DNA from: an uncultured Alphaproteobacteria bacterium
GTDB taxonomy: Bacteria; Pseudomonadota; Alphaproteobacteria; ATCC43930; CGMCC-115725
Assembly: GCA_963775525.1 (NCBI GenBank)
Contig: CAVZJF010000040.1
Span: 4,697 to 68,696 of the forward strand
Direction: 5' to 3'
Length of the DNA: 64,000 nucleotides
Under the pieces are notes generated by a model. It was not told where the DNA came from and ran no database searches. It was given only the letters and a program-made list of their open reading frames with translations. Numbering within the stretch: the stretch's first letter is position 1; each line of letters starts with the position of its first letter. A program made the position numbers and the translations under genes. Below are positions 22,353 to 35,684 of the stretch, piece by piece.

Positions 22353-24324
22353 ATGCTGGGCAAGCTGACCTGGGCCGCGATCCCGTTTGACGAGCCCATC
22401 CCGATGGGCGCGTCGCTGCTGGTGGTTGTCGTGATTTTGGCCGTTCTGGCCCTGGTCACCTGGAAGGGCTGGTGGCCCTATCTGTGGCGCGAGTGGTTGA
22501 CCAGCGTCGACCACAAGCGGATCGGCGTCATGTACTTCGTGCTCGGGCTGGTCATGCTGGTCCGCGGCTTTACCGACGCGATCATGATGCGCTCGCAACT
22601 GGCGTTCGCGGCGGGCGACGCGAGGGGGTATCTGCCGCCGCAGCACTACGACCAGATTTTCTCGGCGCATGGCACGATCATGATCTTCTTCGTGGCGATG
22701 CCGTTTGTCATCGGCTTGATAAACTTCGTCATGCCATTGCAGCTCGGCGTGCGCGACGTAGCGTTCCCTGTCCTGAACTCGGTAAGTTTTTGGCTGACGG
22801 CAGCCGGAGTGCTGCTGGTCAACGCATCTCTTGTCGTCGGCGAGTTTGCCCGCACCGGCTGGTTGGCGTACCCACCCCTGTCGGAACTCGACTATTCGCC
22901 GGGGGTCGGCGTCGATTATTACCTGTGGTCGCTGCAGATCTCCGGGATCGGCACGCTCTTGACGGGCATCAACTTCGTCACGACGATCCTCAAGCTGCGC
23001 GCTCCGGGCATGATCTACATGCGCATGCCGATCTTCTGCTGGACGGCGCTCGCTTCCAGTCTGTTGATCGTCGCCGCCTTTCCTGTTCTCACGGCCACCT
23101 TCGCGATGCTGCTGCTCGACCGCTATCTCGGGATGCACTTTTTCACGAACGAGATGGGCGGCAACCCGATGATGTACATAAACCTGATCTGGGTCTGGGG
23201 CCATCCGGAGGTTTACATCCTGATTTTGCCGGCATTCGGCGTCTATTCCGAAGTTATCGCTACTTTTTCAAGTAAGTCGCTGTTCGGCTACCGCTCCATG
23301 GTCCTCGCGACGATGGCCATTTGCATTCTGTCCTTTCTGGTCTGGCTCCACCACTTCTTCACCATGGGCGCGGGCGCCGACGTAAACGCGTTTTTCGGCG
23401 TCATGACGATGATCATTGCGATCCCGACCGGCGTTAAAGTGTTCAATTGGCTGTTCACGATGTATGGCGGTCGCGTCCGTTTTTCCACGCCGATCCTGTG
23501 GTCGCTCGGCTTTATAGTCACGTTTGTCATCGGCGGAATGACGGGCGTATTGATGGCCGTGCCGCCGGCCGACTTCGTGCGTCCACAACAGCCTGTTCCT
23601 GGTCGCCCATTTTCACAACGTCATCATCGGCGGCGTCGTGTTCGGCGCGATGGCGGGCTACAATTACTGGTTCCCGAAGGCGTTCGGCTTTACGCTGGAC
23701 GAACGCCTCGGCAAAGCCAGCTTCTGGTGCTGGTTCGTGGGCTTTTATCTTGCCTTCGTGCCGCTCTACGCGCTGGGCCTCATGGGCATGACCCGCCGCA
23801 TGCAGCATTACTCGGAAGTCGGTTGGCAGCCCTTGCTGATCGTCGCCGAGATTGGCGCAATTGTTATTCTCGTGGGCATCGTGCTGATAATCGCGCAATT
23901 GGTGGTCAGCATCCGGACGCGCGAACACCGCCGCGACATTACCGGCGACCCTTGGAACGGCCGGACGCTGGAATGGTCCACGACCTCGCCTCCGCCCGCG
24001 TACAATTTCGCGCTGATGCCCAACGTCGAGTTTGTCGACGCCTATTGGGGCATGAAGCAGCCGGGGAGAAACGCGGTTCAGCCGACCTACGAGGACATCG
24101 AGATGCCGCGCAACAGCGCCACCGGTTTTGTCACCGCGTTTTTTGCCGTGGTGACGGGCTTCTCCCTGATCTGGCATATCTGGTGGATAGCCGTGCTCGG
24201 CCTTCTCGGCGCCGTCGTCACAGCTCTGGTCTTCGCCTGGGGTGACGATCGCGAGGAAGAGATCCCGGCGGCAGAGATCGCACGGATGGAACGCGATCGC
24301 GCGAGGGTGGGGAGCCCGGCGTGA
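22353..24324 (+). pseudogene. cyoB: Cytochrome bo3 ubiquinol oxidase subunit I; 1 frame break
   Basis: Haem-copper oxidase subunit I sequence ([15 protein letters not shown]...). The frame shifts near 23580 to [17 protein letters not shown]... through to the stop at 24324. Confidence 0.9.
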
Positions 24325-24962
24325 CGGCGACAACCGTCGCGGCGACCGCCGACGCCGCGTCTCGTACCGCCGGCGCGCGCGGCCGGGGCTCAGGGGGGCC
24401 GGCCCCGACGCGGGTCGTCGTCGCATACGGGTTTTGGATTTTCCTGCTCAGCGACATCATCATGTTTTCGGCGCTGTTCGCGGCCTACGCGGTCCTGTCG
24501 CCGCGGACCGCCGGGGGACCGAGCGGGCGTGAACTGTTCGACCTACGCCGGGTTTTCGCCGAGACGACATTCCTTCTCTTTTCGAGCTACACCGCCGGGC
24601 TTGGCGCGGTCGCGGTGGAGAACCGGCACGCGCGGAATTTCTACATTTTTGCTGCGCTTACTTTCACGCTCGGGGCCTTGTTTCTCGCATCGGAAATCAG
24701 CGAATTCGCGGGCATGGTGGCGCGAGGGGCCGGTCCGTCGCGCAGCGCCTTTCTGTCGGCTTTTTTCACTCTCGTCGGCACGCACGGAGCCCACGTCACG
24801 GTTGGCCTGCTGTGGCTCACATTCATGGTCGTCCAGGTCGCCTTCAAGGGATTTCGCGCCCACGTGGTTCGGCGTCTGCTGTGCTTCAGCCTGTTCTGGC
24901 ACGCGCTCGACATTATCTGGGTCGCGCTGATGACCATGGTCTATCTTTTCGGGGCGCGCTGA
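24321..24962 (+). CDS. cyoC: Cytochrome bo3 ubiquinol oxidase subunit III
   Basis: Intact 213-aa ORF overlapping the cyoB stop, with typical subunit III transmembrane pattern and operon position. Confidence 0.85.
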   Translation: MTATTVAATADAASRTAGARGRGSGGPAPTRVVVAYGFWIFLLSDIIMFSALFAAYAVLSPRTAGGPSGRELFDLRRVFAETTFLLFSSYTAGLGAVAVENRHARNFYIFAALTFTLGALFLASEISEFAGMVARGAGPSRSAFLSAFFTLVGTHGAHVTVGLLWLTFMVVQVAFKGFRAHVVRRLLCFSLFWHALDIIWVALMTMVYLFGAR

Positions 24963-25351
24963 TGGACGAGCATGGAGAAAGACAATTTCGCTCGGACGAT
25001 CGCGCCCCCGGCGTCGAGCAGGGCGGAACGTCGCTCAACGTCAAGCTCTATACGGCCGGCTTGATTCTCGCGGCGGGGCTCACGCTGACCTCGTTCTGGA
25101 CGGCGGGAACGACCTCGCTTTGGGAACCCGGCGTCACGGTTGGGCTCACGGTGCTCGCAATCGCGCAGATGGGCGTCCACCTCGTCTTCTTCCTGCGCAT
25201 GAGCACCGGGCCCGATCACACCAACAACGTGCTGGCGCTCGCGTTTGGCGTCCTGATCGTAACCTTGGTCATGGCCGGCTCGTTGGTGATCATGGCCAAC
25301 CTCGACGGGAACATGCTGCCGATGCCCAAACTGATGGACATGCAGCGGTAG
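24962..25351 (+). CDS. cyoD: Cytochrome bo3 ubiquinol oxidase subunit IV
   Basis: The ATG overlaps the cyoC stop (TGATG). The product is 129 aa with three hydrophobic spans. Operon position fits. Confidence 0.8.
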   Translation: MDEHGERQFRSDDRAPGVEQGGTSLNVKLYTAGLILAAGLTLTSFWTAGTTSLWEPGVTVGLTVLAIAQMGVHLVFFLRMSTGPDHTNNVLALAFGVLIVTLVMAGSLVIMANLDGNMLPMPKLMDMQR

Positions 25352-25433
25352 CGGCAAGCGCTTTGCGCCGGCCCGGTTCCGCGAGGCGGGGCCGCGCCAT
25401 TTTTGCTCCGGCACAGTTCTCGAAGGCACACCT

Positions 25434-26049
25434 ATGACCGACGAAAAGCAGCGTGTCGTCGTGGGCGTAAGCGGCGCCAGCGGGATCGTCTACGCGGCGC
25501 GTGCGTTGGAAATGCTGCGCTCGGTCAAGGTCGAGACGCATCTCGTCGTCAGCCGGTCCGCCGAGTTGATGCGCGCCTATGAGAGCGCCCTCAGCCGAAC
25601 GGATCTAGAGGCGCTGGCCGATGTGGTGTACTCGATCAACGACGTCGGCGCGCCGATCGCCGTCGGGCTCGTTCAAGACGCTCGGCATGATCGTCGCGCC
25701 CTGCTCGATGCGCAGCTCTCGCGGAGATCGCCAGCGGGGTGACCACGTCGCTGCTGACCCGCGCCGCCGATGTCGTGCTGAAGGAGCGGCGCCGGCTGGT
25801 GCTGATGGTGCGCGAGACGCCGCTCAGCCTGACCATCTCCGCAACATGGCGACGCTGACCGAAGCTGGGGGCGTCATCTTCCCGCCGGTCCCGGCCTTCT
25901 ACATGCGTCCGACCACGATCGAGGCGCTCGTCGACCACTCGGTCGGACGAGCGCTCGACCAGTTCGGCCTCGATGTTGAGACCTTCCCGCGATGGGACGA
26001 GGCGTTTCGCCGCAAGCAGCTGAAGGGTGAGGCCGCATTGGAGGACTGA
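25434..26049 (+). pseudogene. ubiX: Flavin prenyltransferase UbiX; 3 frame breaks
   Basis: VVVGVSGASGIVYAARALEML continues as [18 protein letters not shown], then [38 protein letters not shown], then [23 protein letters not shown]. Breaks are near 25661, 25717 and 25834. Confidence 0.8.
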
Positions 26050-26256
26050 CAGAAGCGCAACCCAGCCGGGGCAAATGCCGGCGATCTCTGATCCGAGAAG
26101 CGTGCTCGAAAAGAACGGGGGACCGCGGCGGGGCGAGAAAGCCGATCCGATAGGTTGCGCGGCGCTGTTGCGCATGGCCGAAGAGGCCGCTAGATCAGTG
26201 TCGGCGGCAGAACCCGAAGCGGTGCGCCTCGCTGCCGGCTGATCGGGAGGAAAGCG

Positions 26257-26517
26257 ATGCACTGGCTGTGGGTCATCATCATCGGGTTTCTGGCGGGGGC
26301 GATCGCCAAGCTGTTCGTGCACGGGCCGGGCGGGTTTATCGTCACGACCTTGCTCGGCATTGTCGGCGCGATCTTCGCGTCGTGGCTCGGGCAGCGCATC
26401 GGCTGGTATCGCGCCGGGCCAGAATGCCGGCTTTATCGGCGCGATCGTCGGCGCGGTGCTGATCCTGGCGATCTACCGGGCGATCTTCGGCAGCCGGCAG
26501 TATCGACGCGCTCTTGA
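26257..26517 (+). pseudogene. GlsB/YeaQ/YmgE family small membrane protein; at least 1 frame break, 3' end unresolved
   Basis: [20 protein letters not shown]...[12 protein letters not shown] shifts near 26418 to [24 protein letters not shown]. That frame then runs without a stop into gyrA. Confidence 0.6.
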
Positions 26518-26694
26518 GGCAGCGGCTCGCCGCTGGGCGCCGGCGAGGCGGCGGGCTACGGTTCGAAAGCGTTTGTTTGCACCGCAAAATGCGGTAATCT
26601 CTGGCCGCGAATACCTATATTATAGAGAGCGGCGCAGCCGCTGCGGCTCGGCCGCGATCTTCAATCTCAGCCAACCATATCCGATCGAGCAGCC

Positions 26695-30068
<3,374 letters not shown>

Positions 30069-30473
30069 GTCGAAATCGGCTCGACCTTCAGTCGGCGGCA
30101 GGGACCCCGGCGCGCCGCATCCCTGGCGGATCGCGCCGCGTCCAGCGCTGATATTTCTGATCCCTGCCGACCGGCTGGCGCGGCGCCGTCCCGCAGGCGG
30201 CCCTGATTTCCAAGAACGCCGCGCGCAGGTCGCTCGCGGTGCTGCACCTAACTCCGTAGCGGTGACGACGGACCACACGGCGCCGACCCCGGCCGGCGTC
30301 AGCCCGCTCAAACGCCATGGCGGACGATTACCTGCCTCGTGAGCGGATCTGGCCGGCACATCGCCGAAAGGCAACCCGCTCGAATCCCGGCCCTGTGTGA
30401 AGCACCTCACAGCACCTCCGGGAATTTAAGGTTATCAGGTCGCGATCGGACGCGATTCCGTCAGGAGATCGTC

Positions 30474-30665
30474 ATGAATGCGTCGTCGCCAATGCCTCTG
30501 CGCTGGTCGGAGCAGGCCGAGGCGGAAGAGGTTTGCGCCTTGGCGCTGGTCGAACATGGACAGGAGAGTGCTGTTGTGCGCCCCGTTGGAGACCCAACGT
30601 CAGCCTCCTCTGCCGTATGGCGACCGGCACTGTTGCCATGGCTACTCGGTTGGTTTACGTATTGA
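30474..30665 (+). CDS. Possible small protein (63 aa), unknown
   Basis: ATG preceded by AGGAGA at a 6-7 nt spacing. Hydrophobic C-terminal end LLPWLLGWFTY. No family recognised. Confidence 0.25.
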   Translation: MNASSPMPLRWSEQAEAEEVCALALVEHGQESAVVRPVGDPTSASSAVWRPALLPWLLGWFTY

Positions 30666-30847
30666 GCCTGCAAATAAAACGAGACAACGGGTGGCGAAGC
30701 GATCCTTCACGATCACCAGCTGAATTGTCTCACCAAGCATGACGGTCGCGGAGCCGGCTAATTGGCGCTCGCGCTCGTCCCGTTTGACACGAACGGCCCG
30801 CAAGCTGATCGCTTCACGCGGGTTGTTGGAGCGTGTAGGGGACTGTC

Positions 30848-31543
30848 ATGACCAGCGCGACATACCTGGAAAAGCGCCAACTCTTCGAGCGACACTTCCT
30901 GCTTGGGAGTTTGAGCGAGAGTGAAATCGACACGCTTTTGAGATTTTCGCGGGTTGAGCATTATCCCGCGGGTCACGAAATCTTCGCCAAAGGCTCACCC
31001 GGCGACAGCATGATGCTGGTGCTGCGCGGCAGCGTCAGAATCAGTTCGATTTCTCTGACCGGTAAGGAAATCGTCCTAAATATTATCAATACCGGTGATA
31101 TCGTCGGCGAAATCGCAACCCTCGATGGCGGCGAGCGTACCGGCGACGCAGTGGCTATCGGCGATTGCGAACTCCTGGTGCTGGCTCGCCGCTACTTCAT
31201 TCCGGTTCTCGAAAATCACGCCGACATCTGCCTGAAGCTGATCAAGATTTTGTGCAAGCGCTTGCGGCGCACAAGCGCGCAGGTCGAAGACCTGCTGTTC
31301 CTCCATCTCGAAGGTCGGATCGCAAAGGCGCTGTTGGAACTTTCCGAACGTTCCGGGCGGCTGGACGTCGAAGACCGGATGCTCGAACTGCATCTGTCGC
31401 AAAGCGAACTCAGCAACATCGTCGGCAGCACGCGCGAGAGCGTCAACAAGCAGCTGCAGATATGGCAAAGAGCGGGCTTCATCGATATTGCCAAGGGAGC
31501 GATCGTAATCCGCGACCCCGCCGCGCTCGGGCAGCTGATCTAG
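30848..31543 (+). CDS. Crp/Fnr family transcriptional regulator
   Basis: Intact 231-aa ORF with a cNMP-binding-like N-terminal domain and a C-terminal helix-turn-helix (LSQSELSNIVGSTRESVNKQL). G+C is lower than upstream housekeeping genes. Confidence 0.85.
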   Translation: MTSATYLEKRQLFERHFLLGSLSESEIDTLLRFSRVEHYPAGHEIFAKGSPGDSMMLVLRGSVRISSISLTGKEIVLNIINTGDIVGEIATLDGGERTGDAVAIGDCELLVLARRYFIPVLENHADICLKLIKILCKRLRRTSAQVEDLLFLHLEGRIAKALLELSERSGRLDVEDRMLELHLSQSELSNIVGSTRESVNKQLQIWQRAGFIDIAKGAIVIRDPAALGQLI

Positions 31544-31911
31544 GGCGTGTCGTCGATTGAGCCGATTGCATCGGCATCGAGATTAACGGCGGCGAGATTG
31601 ACGGCGGCGAGAGAATTTCGCGCGGGCTTGTCGTAACGGGCGGCGATCGCCGAGGCGCTCCGGCAGGCCGCGCCGCGGAATTTCGCGCGCGGTATCGATA
31701 GTGCGCCATCTCGACGCATCGGCGGTTGCCTAAACTGCGCGATGTCGTCGGCCCTTAGGTCGACCGCCGGCGCATAGCCTGGCGCTGCGCGTTCGACGAG
31801 AAGGTGCGAACCGCCGGGCCCGCCACGCTGCCAGCTCGATGGCCCGAACTCGGTCGGAAGATGGCGCCGAAGAGAGCCGTTGCGCCGGTCGGCCTCATCG
31901 AGCGAGGCCAT
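31540..31911 (-). CDS. Hypothetical ORF, 123 aa (weak)
   Basis: Track ORF only. It contains a translated 15-nt tandem repeat (AAVNLAAVNL). No family recognised. Confidence 0.2.
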   Translation of the reverse strand: MASLDEADRRNGSLRRHLPTEFGPSSWQRGGPGGSHLLVERAAPGYAPAVDLRADDIAQFRQPPMRRDGALSIPRAKFRGAACRSASAIAARYDKPARNSLAAVNLAAVNLDADAIGSIDDTP

Positions 31912-32221
31912 CCGATCGAGATGCTCATCGGAGGGCTCCGTTAGACGTGGGCAATCCGAGGGTCTCGGGGCCCTGACACAAACCCCTTAGTAGATCGCCA
32001 TTCCACGCGCCCCTCTTGCGCGATAATCAAACTGCGGCAATCATAATGCGAGATCTCCTGGGCCCCGTCCTGGTATCGCTGCCTTCTCATCCATATCGCC
32101 GCACAGCCGTGAGACGCTCCAGAGCACTTCCGCGAAATGAATAGGGCGATTTCAGAGACATGTGTGTCTCTTCGGAGCGCAAGATGTGTACCGGATCCAC
32201 TCAACCGCAATGTCGCCGCGA

Positions 32222-32720
32222 TGGTCTTCACCTGGCAGGCGACGTAACCGATGCGGAATGGGGCGCGACCCAAGCATTGCTGCCATAGCCGAAGCAGTTG
32301 GCGCGGCCGCGCGCCAACCTCGACGCGGCAAGTCGTCAATGCGATGCCGTATTCATTGACGGCGGGTTGTCGCGGCGGCTGCCAAAAGAATTACCGCCGT
32401 TCTCAGCGGCGCGACGGTTCTCTATCCCTGGCGGAATGCCGAGTCATGCCAGACCATCAATCACTCTCTGATAATGCCGGTGCGCGAGGCGGCTGGCGCG
32501 CCGGGCCGGCCCCGGGGGCGTCGACAGCCAGTGGGCCAAGACCGCCGTGACCGACAGTCCCGGGGTTACAACCCCGGCAGAAGATTGCCTCGAAAGCCAG
32601 AGGACGAGAAGCCGATGAGAATAATACGCCAGGTTCTGCTCATCCCGGGCTTCGCCCGTGCTCATCGCCTTCTCGGAAGCTTCTCGGCCGATGAGACAAC
32701 CAATCAAGATGGGCTCGTCC
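32222..32720 (+). mobile_element. Degenerate IS5-family transposase fragment (N-terminal DUF4096-like part through the first DDE region)
   Basis: Pieces are scattered over the frames: TDAEWGATQALLP-stop, RPRANLD, VVNAMPYSLTAGC, LPKELPP, VDSQWAKT, RGYNPGRR. Together they match the LTDAEW..PLLP...GRPR..D.R.VVNAI.Y.L.TGC.WR.LPK.FPP...IDSQSVKT...RGYDAGKK pattern. There are stops and shifts, and no inverted repeats were identified. Confidence 0.5.
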
Positions 32721-35611
32721 CAAAACCTGCCGAGGTGCGGGCCGAAGAAGCCGAGAGCGCCATGGCGCGGCGCGATTGGCCGGAAGCGATCTCGCGCTGG
32801 AAGGCGATTGTAGAACTGCACGGGACAGGCACGCCCGCCACCGCGCATGCCGCACTGGGCCATGCCAGTCGCCTGCAAGGAGACCTCGCCGGCGCCGAAG
32901 CAGCTATCCGGGGTGGGCTCGCACGGTATCCAAAACACGGCGGCTTGCAGACCGAGCATGCCGAGATCGCCATGGCGCAGCGGGATTGGCCGGAAGCAAT
33001 CTCGCGCTGGCGCTCGATGCTGGCGACACAGGGGAAGAACACCCCAGCCGCCGCTTATGCCCGGCTTACCCGCGCCTATCGCCTTCTGGGAGACTTCGCC
33101 GCCGCCGAGACGGCCATCCGGGACGGGCTCGCGCGATATCCGAAGCATGTCGGTCTGGAGGCCGAACAAGCCGAGATTGCGATGACGCGGCGGGACTGGC
33201 CGGAGGCCATCTCGCGCTGGCGGACGATGGTGGCGACGCATGGTAAGGATGCGCCCGCGGCTGCTCATGCCGGGCTCTGCCGCGCTTATCGGCTGCTCGG
33301 CGACCTCGTCGCCGCCGAGGTCGCCGTGTTGGACGGGCTCGCCCACCACCCCAACCACGCCGGCTTGGGGGTCGAATACGCCGAGATCGCCATGGGGCAG
33401 CGAGACTGGGCGGAAGCGCTCTCGCGCTGGCGGGCTATTGTGCAGACCCACGGAAAAAATTCACCACCCGTCGTACGTGCCAGGCTGCAGGAGGCTGAAA
33501 AAGCCAGTTCAGGGCAGAATTGGCTTTCCCAAATTCCGGCGGGCGTCCGCTGGCAATTGGCGGAAGGGATGTTCGACGTCGAAATCGGCGCGCTCGAGGC
33601 CACGATCGCTCTGGCAAGTCGTCAAGCAACGGCAGTGGCCGAATTGGTCAGCACGTTTGCCGACGCGGAAGGCGCGCTCGCCGGCCACCGGCAACTTTAC
33701 GAGTTGCAGGCCACGACCGAGATCGACGACCTCTCGTCGGAGCTGACGACCGCCTTGCGGCGGATACGCGCGCTCGGCCGTCGAACCGAAACAATGCTGG
33801 GATCCTTCGACGCGATAATCGGACGGTCGGTGCCGACGCCGGCCGGGTCGAGGCAGCATTTTCCGCGCGCCGCATGGCGGGAAGCGATTGTCAAGCTGGC
33901 GCTCGACGTCTATCGCGAGCGTGGCCTCCAGACCTCCCTGTTTTGGCTGTTTCGGGCAGGGCTGGTCGAGGATCGGGCTGTCCTGCTGGCGAATTTCGGC
34001 ACCGCCGTAAGAGAGATCGACCGCGCCGCGGCCGTCCGGGCGTTTTGGCTGGCCTATGGTACGTCGCCGTCGCCGAGCATGGCCGAGAGAATGGCCGGCA
34101 GGATGTATCAGTCAGGCGATCTATCGAATTCCAGTGCGCTCCTCAGGGCCGCGCCGGTAGGCGCATCGACGGCGGTCGCCTCGCCATATGTAAGCGAGAT
34201 GCGCTCGACCGTGGCGATGTTCCAAAGCGGCGTCGAGATACCGGAACGCATCGAACCGAAGCTCGCCGGCAATGCCCGGCGCATCGCCTACGTAGCGTCC
34301 GGGTCATGGCCGTTTCAGGAGGTCGGCTACACCGTCCGGACGCACCGGATGCTGACCGCGCTCGAAGCTGTCGGCGTCGAGTGCGTTTGCTTTACGCGTC
34401 CCGGTTATCCGTGGGATCGGCCCCGAGCGCTGGCGCCGGGCGCTTCCGTCGAGCTCAATCACACCATCGGGACGGTTTCGTATGTACATACGCCGCTGCC
34501 GCACTCGGCGCAGCAGCCGGAGCGCCTTATCCAACAGATGAGCGTTGCGCTCGAAGACCATTTTCGCGCTTCTGGACACACGATCGTGCAGGCCGCGTCC
34601 AATAGTCGAAACGCGCTGCCGGCGCTGATCGCGGCGCGGCGCGTCGGCGCCAAATTCATTTACGAAGTGCGCGGCCTGTGGGAGCTTACGGCGGCATCGC
34701 GCTTTGCCGGATGGGAGGAGACCGAGCGCTACGAGTTTGATCGTCGTCTGGAAGTTCTGGTCGCCTCACATGCCGACCACGTGCTGACGATCACCAACGG
34801 GGTGGCGCAGGAGTTGGTCAAGGGGGGCGTTTCGCCGGAGCGGCTGTCCCTGCTGCCCAATGCCGTCGATCCGGACGCCTTCGAACCTAAGCCGAAGGAT
34901 CAAGGGCTGCTGACCCGGCTCGGTCTCGAGCAGAGCGATTTCACAGCGGTCTATGCCGGCTCGCTTACCGCTTACGAAGGTCTGGATGACCTGATCATCG
35001 CATTGTCGCTTATCCGTCACGAGGGGCTCAGCCCCAAATTCGTGATCGTCGGCGATGGCGAGCAGGCGAAGGAGCTGCGCGCCATCGCCGCCCAACACGA
35101 CATGGCGGATAGCGTTAAGTTTGTCGGCAGAGTACGCCCCGACGAGATTCAAGCTTATCTGTCACTGGCCGATGTCGTCGCGATGCCAAGAAAGCCATAC
35201 CGGGTTTGCGAGATCGTGACCCCGCTGAAGCCGTTCGAGGCGATGAGCATGGAAAAAGCGGTGGTGCTCAGCGACCTGCCGGCTCTCAGAGAGATCGTCA
35301 GCGATGGTGATACCGGGTTGATTTGCAAGCCAGCCGATCCGGCAGATCTGGCGGCGGTGCTGAAGCGCCTGGCCGCCGACCCCGCTCTGCGCACGCGACT
35401 TGGGCGGGAGGCCCGCAAATGGGTGTTGGATCACCACTCGTGGTCGGCGAACGCCGACACCCTCGTGCAGCTGTACCGTTCACTGAGCGGTCTCGCGGCG
35501 CTCCCGAGGGATTATTCGGATGCTTGCGGCCCAGGCAAATACGATCGCCCACCAGAACATGACGCGGTTTACCCTGCCAGAGAAACCAGCGCTTACAACG
35601 TTCAGGCGTGA
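32615..35611 (+). CDS. TPR-repeat protein fused to a GT4-type (group 1) glycosyltransferase
   Basis: Long intact ORF (the track frame starts at 32474). The N-terminus has 3.6 copies of a 70-aa TPR-like unit. The C-terminal ~400 aa resemble GT4 (FIYEVRGLWE...GRVRPDEIQAYLSLADVVAMPRK...PLKPFEAMSMEKAVV). The start is ambiguous (32615 or 32762) because the 5' end overlaps IS-derived sequence. Confidence 0.75.
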   Translation: MRIIRQVLLIPGFARAHRLLGSFSADETTNQDGLVPKPAEVRAEEAESAMARRDWPEAISRWKAIVELHGTGTPATAHAALGHASRLQGDLAGAEAAIRGGLARYPKHGGLQTEHAEIAMAQRDWPEAISRWRSMLATQGKNTPAAAYARLTRAYRLLGDFAAAETAIRDGLARYPKHVGLEAEQAEIAMTRRDWPEAISRWRTMVATHGKDAPAAAHAGLCRAYRLLGDLVAAEVAVLDGLAHHPNHAGLGVEYAEIAMGQRDWAEALSRWRAIVQTHGKNSPPVVRARLQEAEKASSGQNWLSQIPAGVRWQLAEGMFDVEIGALEATIALASRQATAVAELVSTFADAEGALAGHRQLYELQATTEIDDLSSELTTALRRIRALGRRTETMLGSFDAIIGRSVPTPAGSRQHFPRAAWREAIVKLALDVYRERGLQTSLFWLFRAGLVEDRAVLLANFGTAVREIDRAAAVRAFWLAYGTSPSPSMAERMAGRMYQSGDLSNSSALLRAAPVGASTAVASPYVSEMRSTVAMFQSGVEIPERIEPKLAGNARRIAYVASGSWPFQEVGYTVRTHRMLTALEAVGVECVCFTRPGYPWDRPRALAPGASVELNHTIGTVSYVHTPLPHSAQQPERLIQQMSVALEDHFRASGHTIVQAASNSRNALPALIAARRVGAKFIYEVRGLWELTAASRFAGWEETERYEFDRRLEVLVASHADHVLTITNGVAQELVKGGVSPERLSLLPNAVDPDAFEPKPKDQGLLTRLGLEQSDFTAVYAGSLTAYEGLDDLIIALSLIRHEGLSPKFVIVGDGEQAKELRAIAAQHDMADSVKFVGRVRPDEIQAYLSLADVVAMPRKPYRVCEIVTPLKPFEAMSMEKAVVLSDLPALREIVSDGDTGLICKPADPADLAAVLKRLAADPALRTRLGREARKWVLDHHSWSANADTLVQLYRSLSGLAALPRDYSDACGPGKYDRPPEHDAVYPARETSAYNVQA
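32740..33500 (+). repeat. 210-bp (70-aa) tandem coding repeat, ~3.6 units
   Basis: The GCCATGGCGC(G/A)GCG(C/G)GA(T/C)TGGCCGGAAGC motif recurs at 210-nt spacing. Internal ATGs are at 32762, 32972, 33182 and 33392. Confidence 0.8.
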
Positions 35612-35684
35612 TCTTGTCCTTCTTGCTTTTCGCCCCGCTCCGTCGCCACAGCAAAACCGCACGCCCGCTATCCGCGAAGATTGC

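Noticed and set aside
30375-30402. tRNA-like fragment (GCTCGAATCCCGGCCCTGTGTG) as a possible att remnant at the island edge.
   Set aside because: The 5' half of the T-stem does not pair. The inferred acceptor strand would imply a tRNA starting with C. No full tRNA or second copy lies at the other island edge.
31579-31612. 15-nt tandem repeat GAGATTAACGGCGGC / GAGATTGACGGCGGC downstream of the Crp/Fnr gene.
   Set aside because: There are only two and a bit imperfect copies and no recognisable function. It is noted only because it is translated within the weak 31540-31911 ORF.
31941-32339. 132-aa minus-strand ORF.
   Set aside because: It lies antisense to the IS5-like remnant and has no protein-like features.
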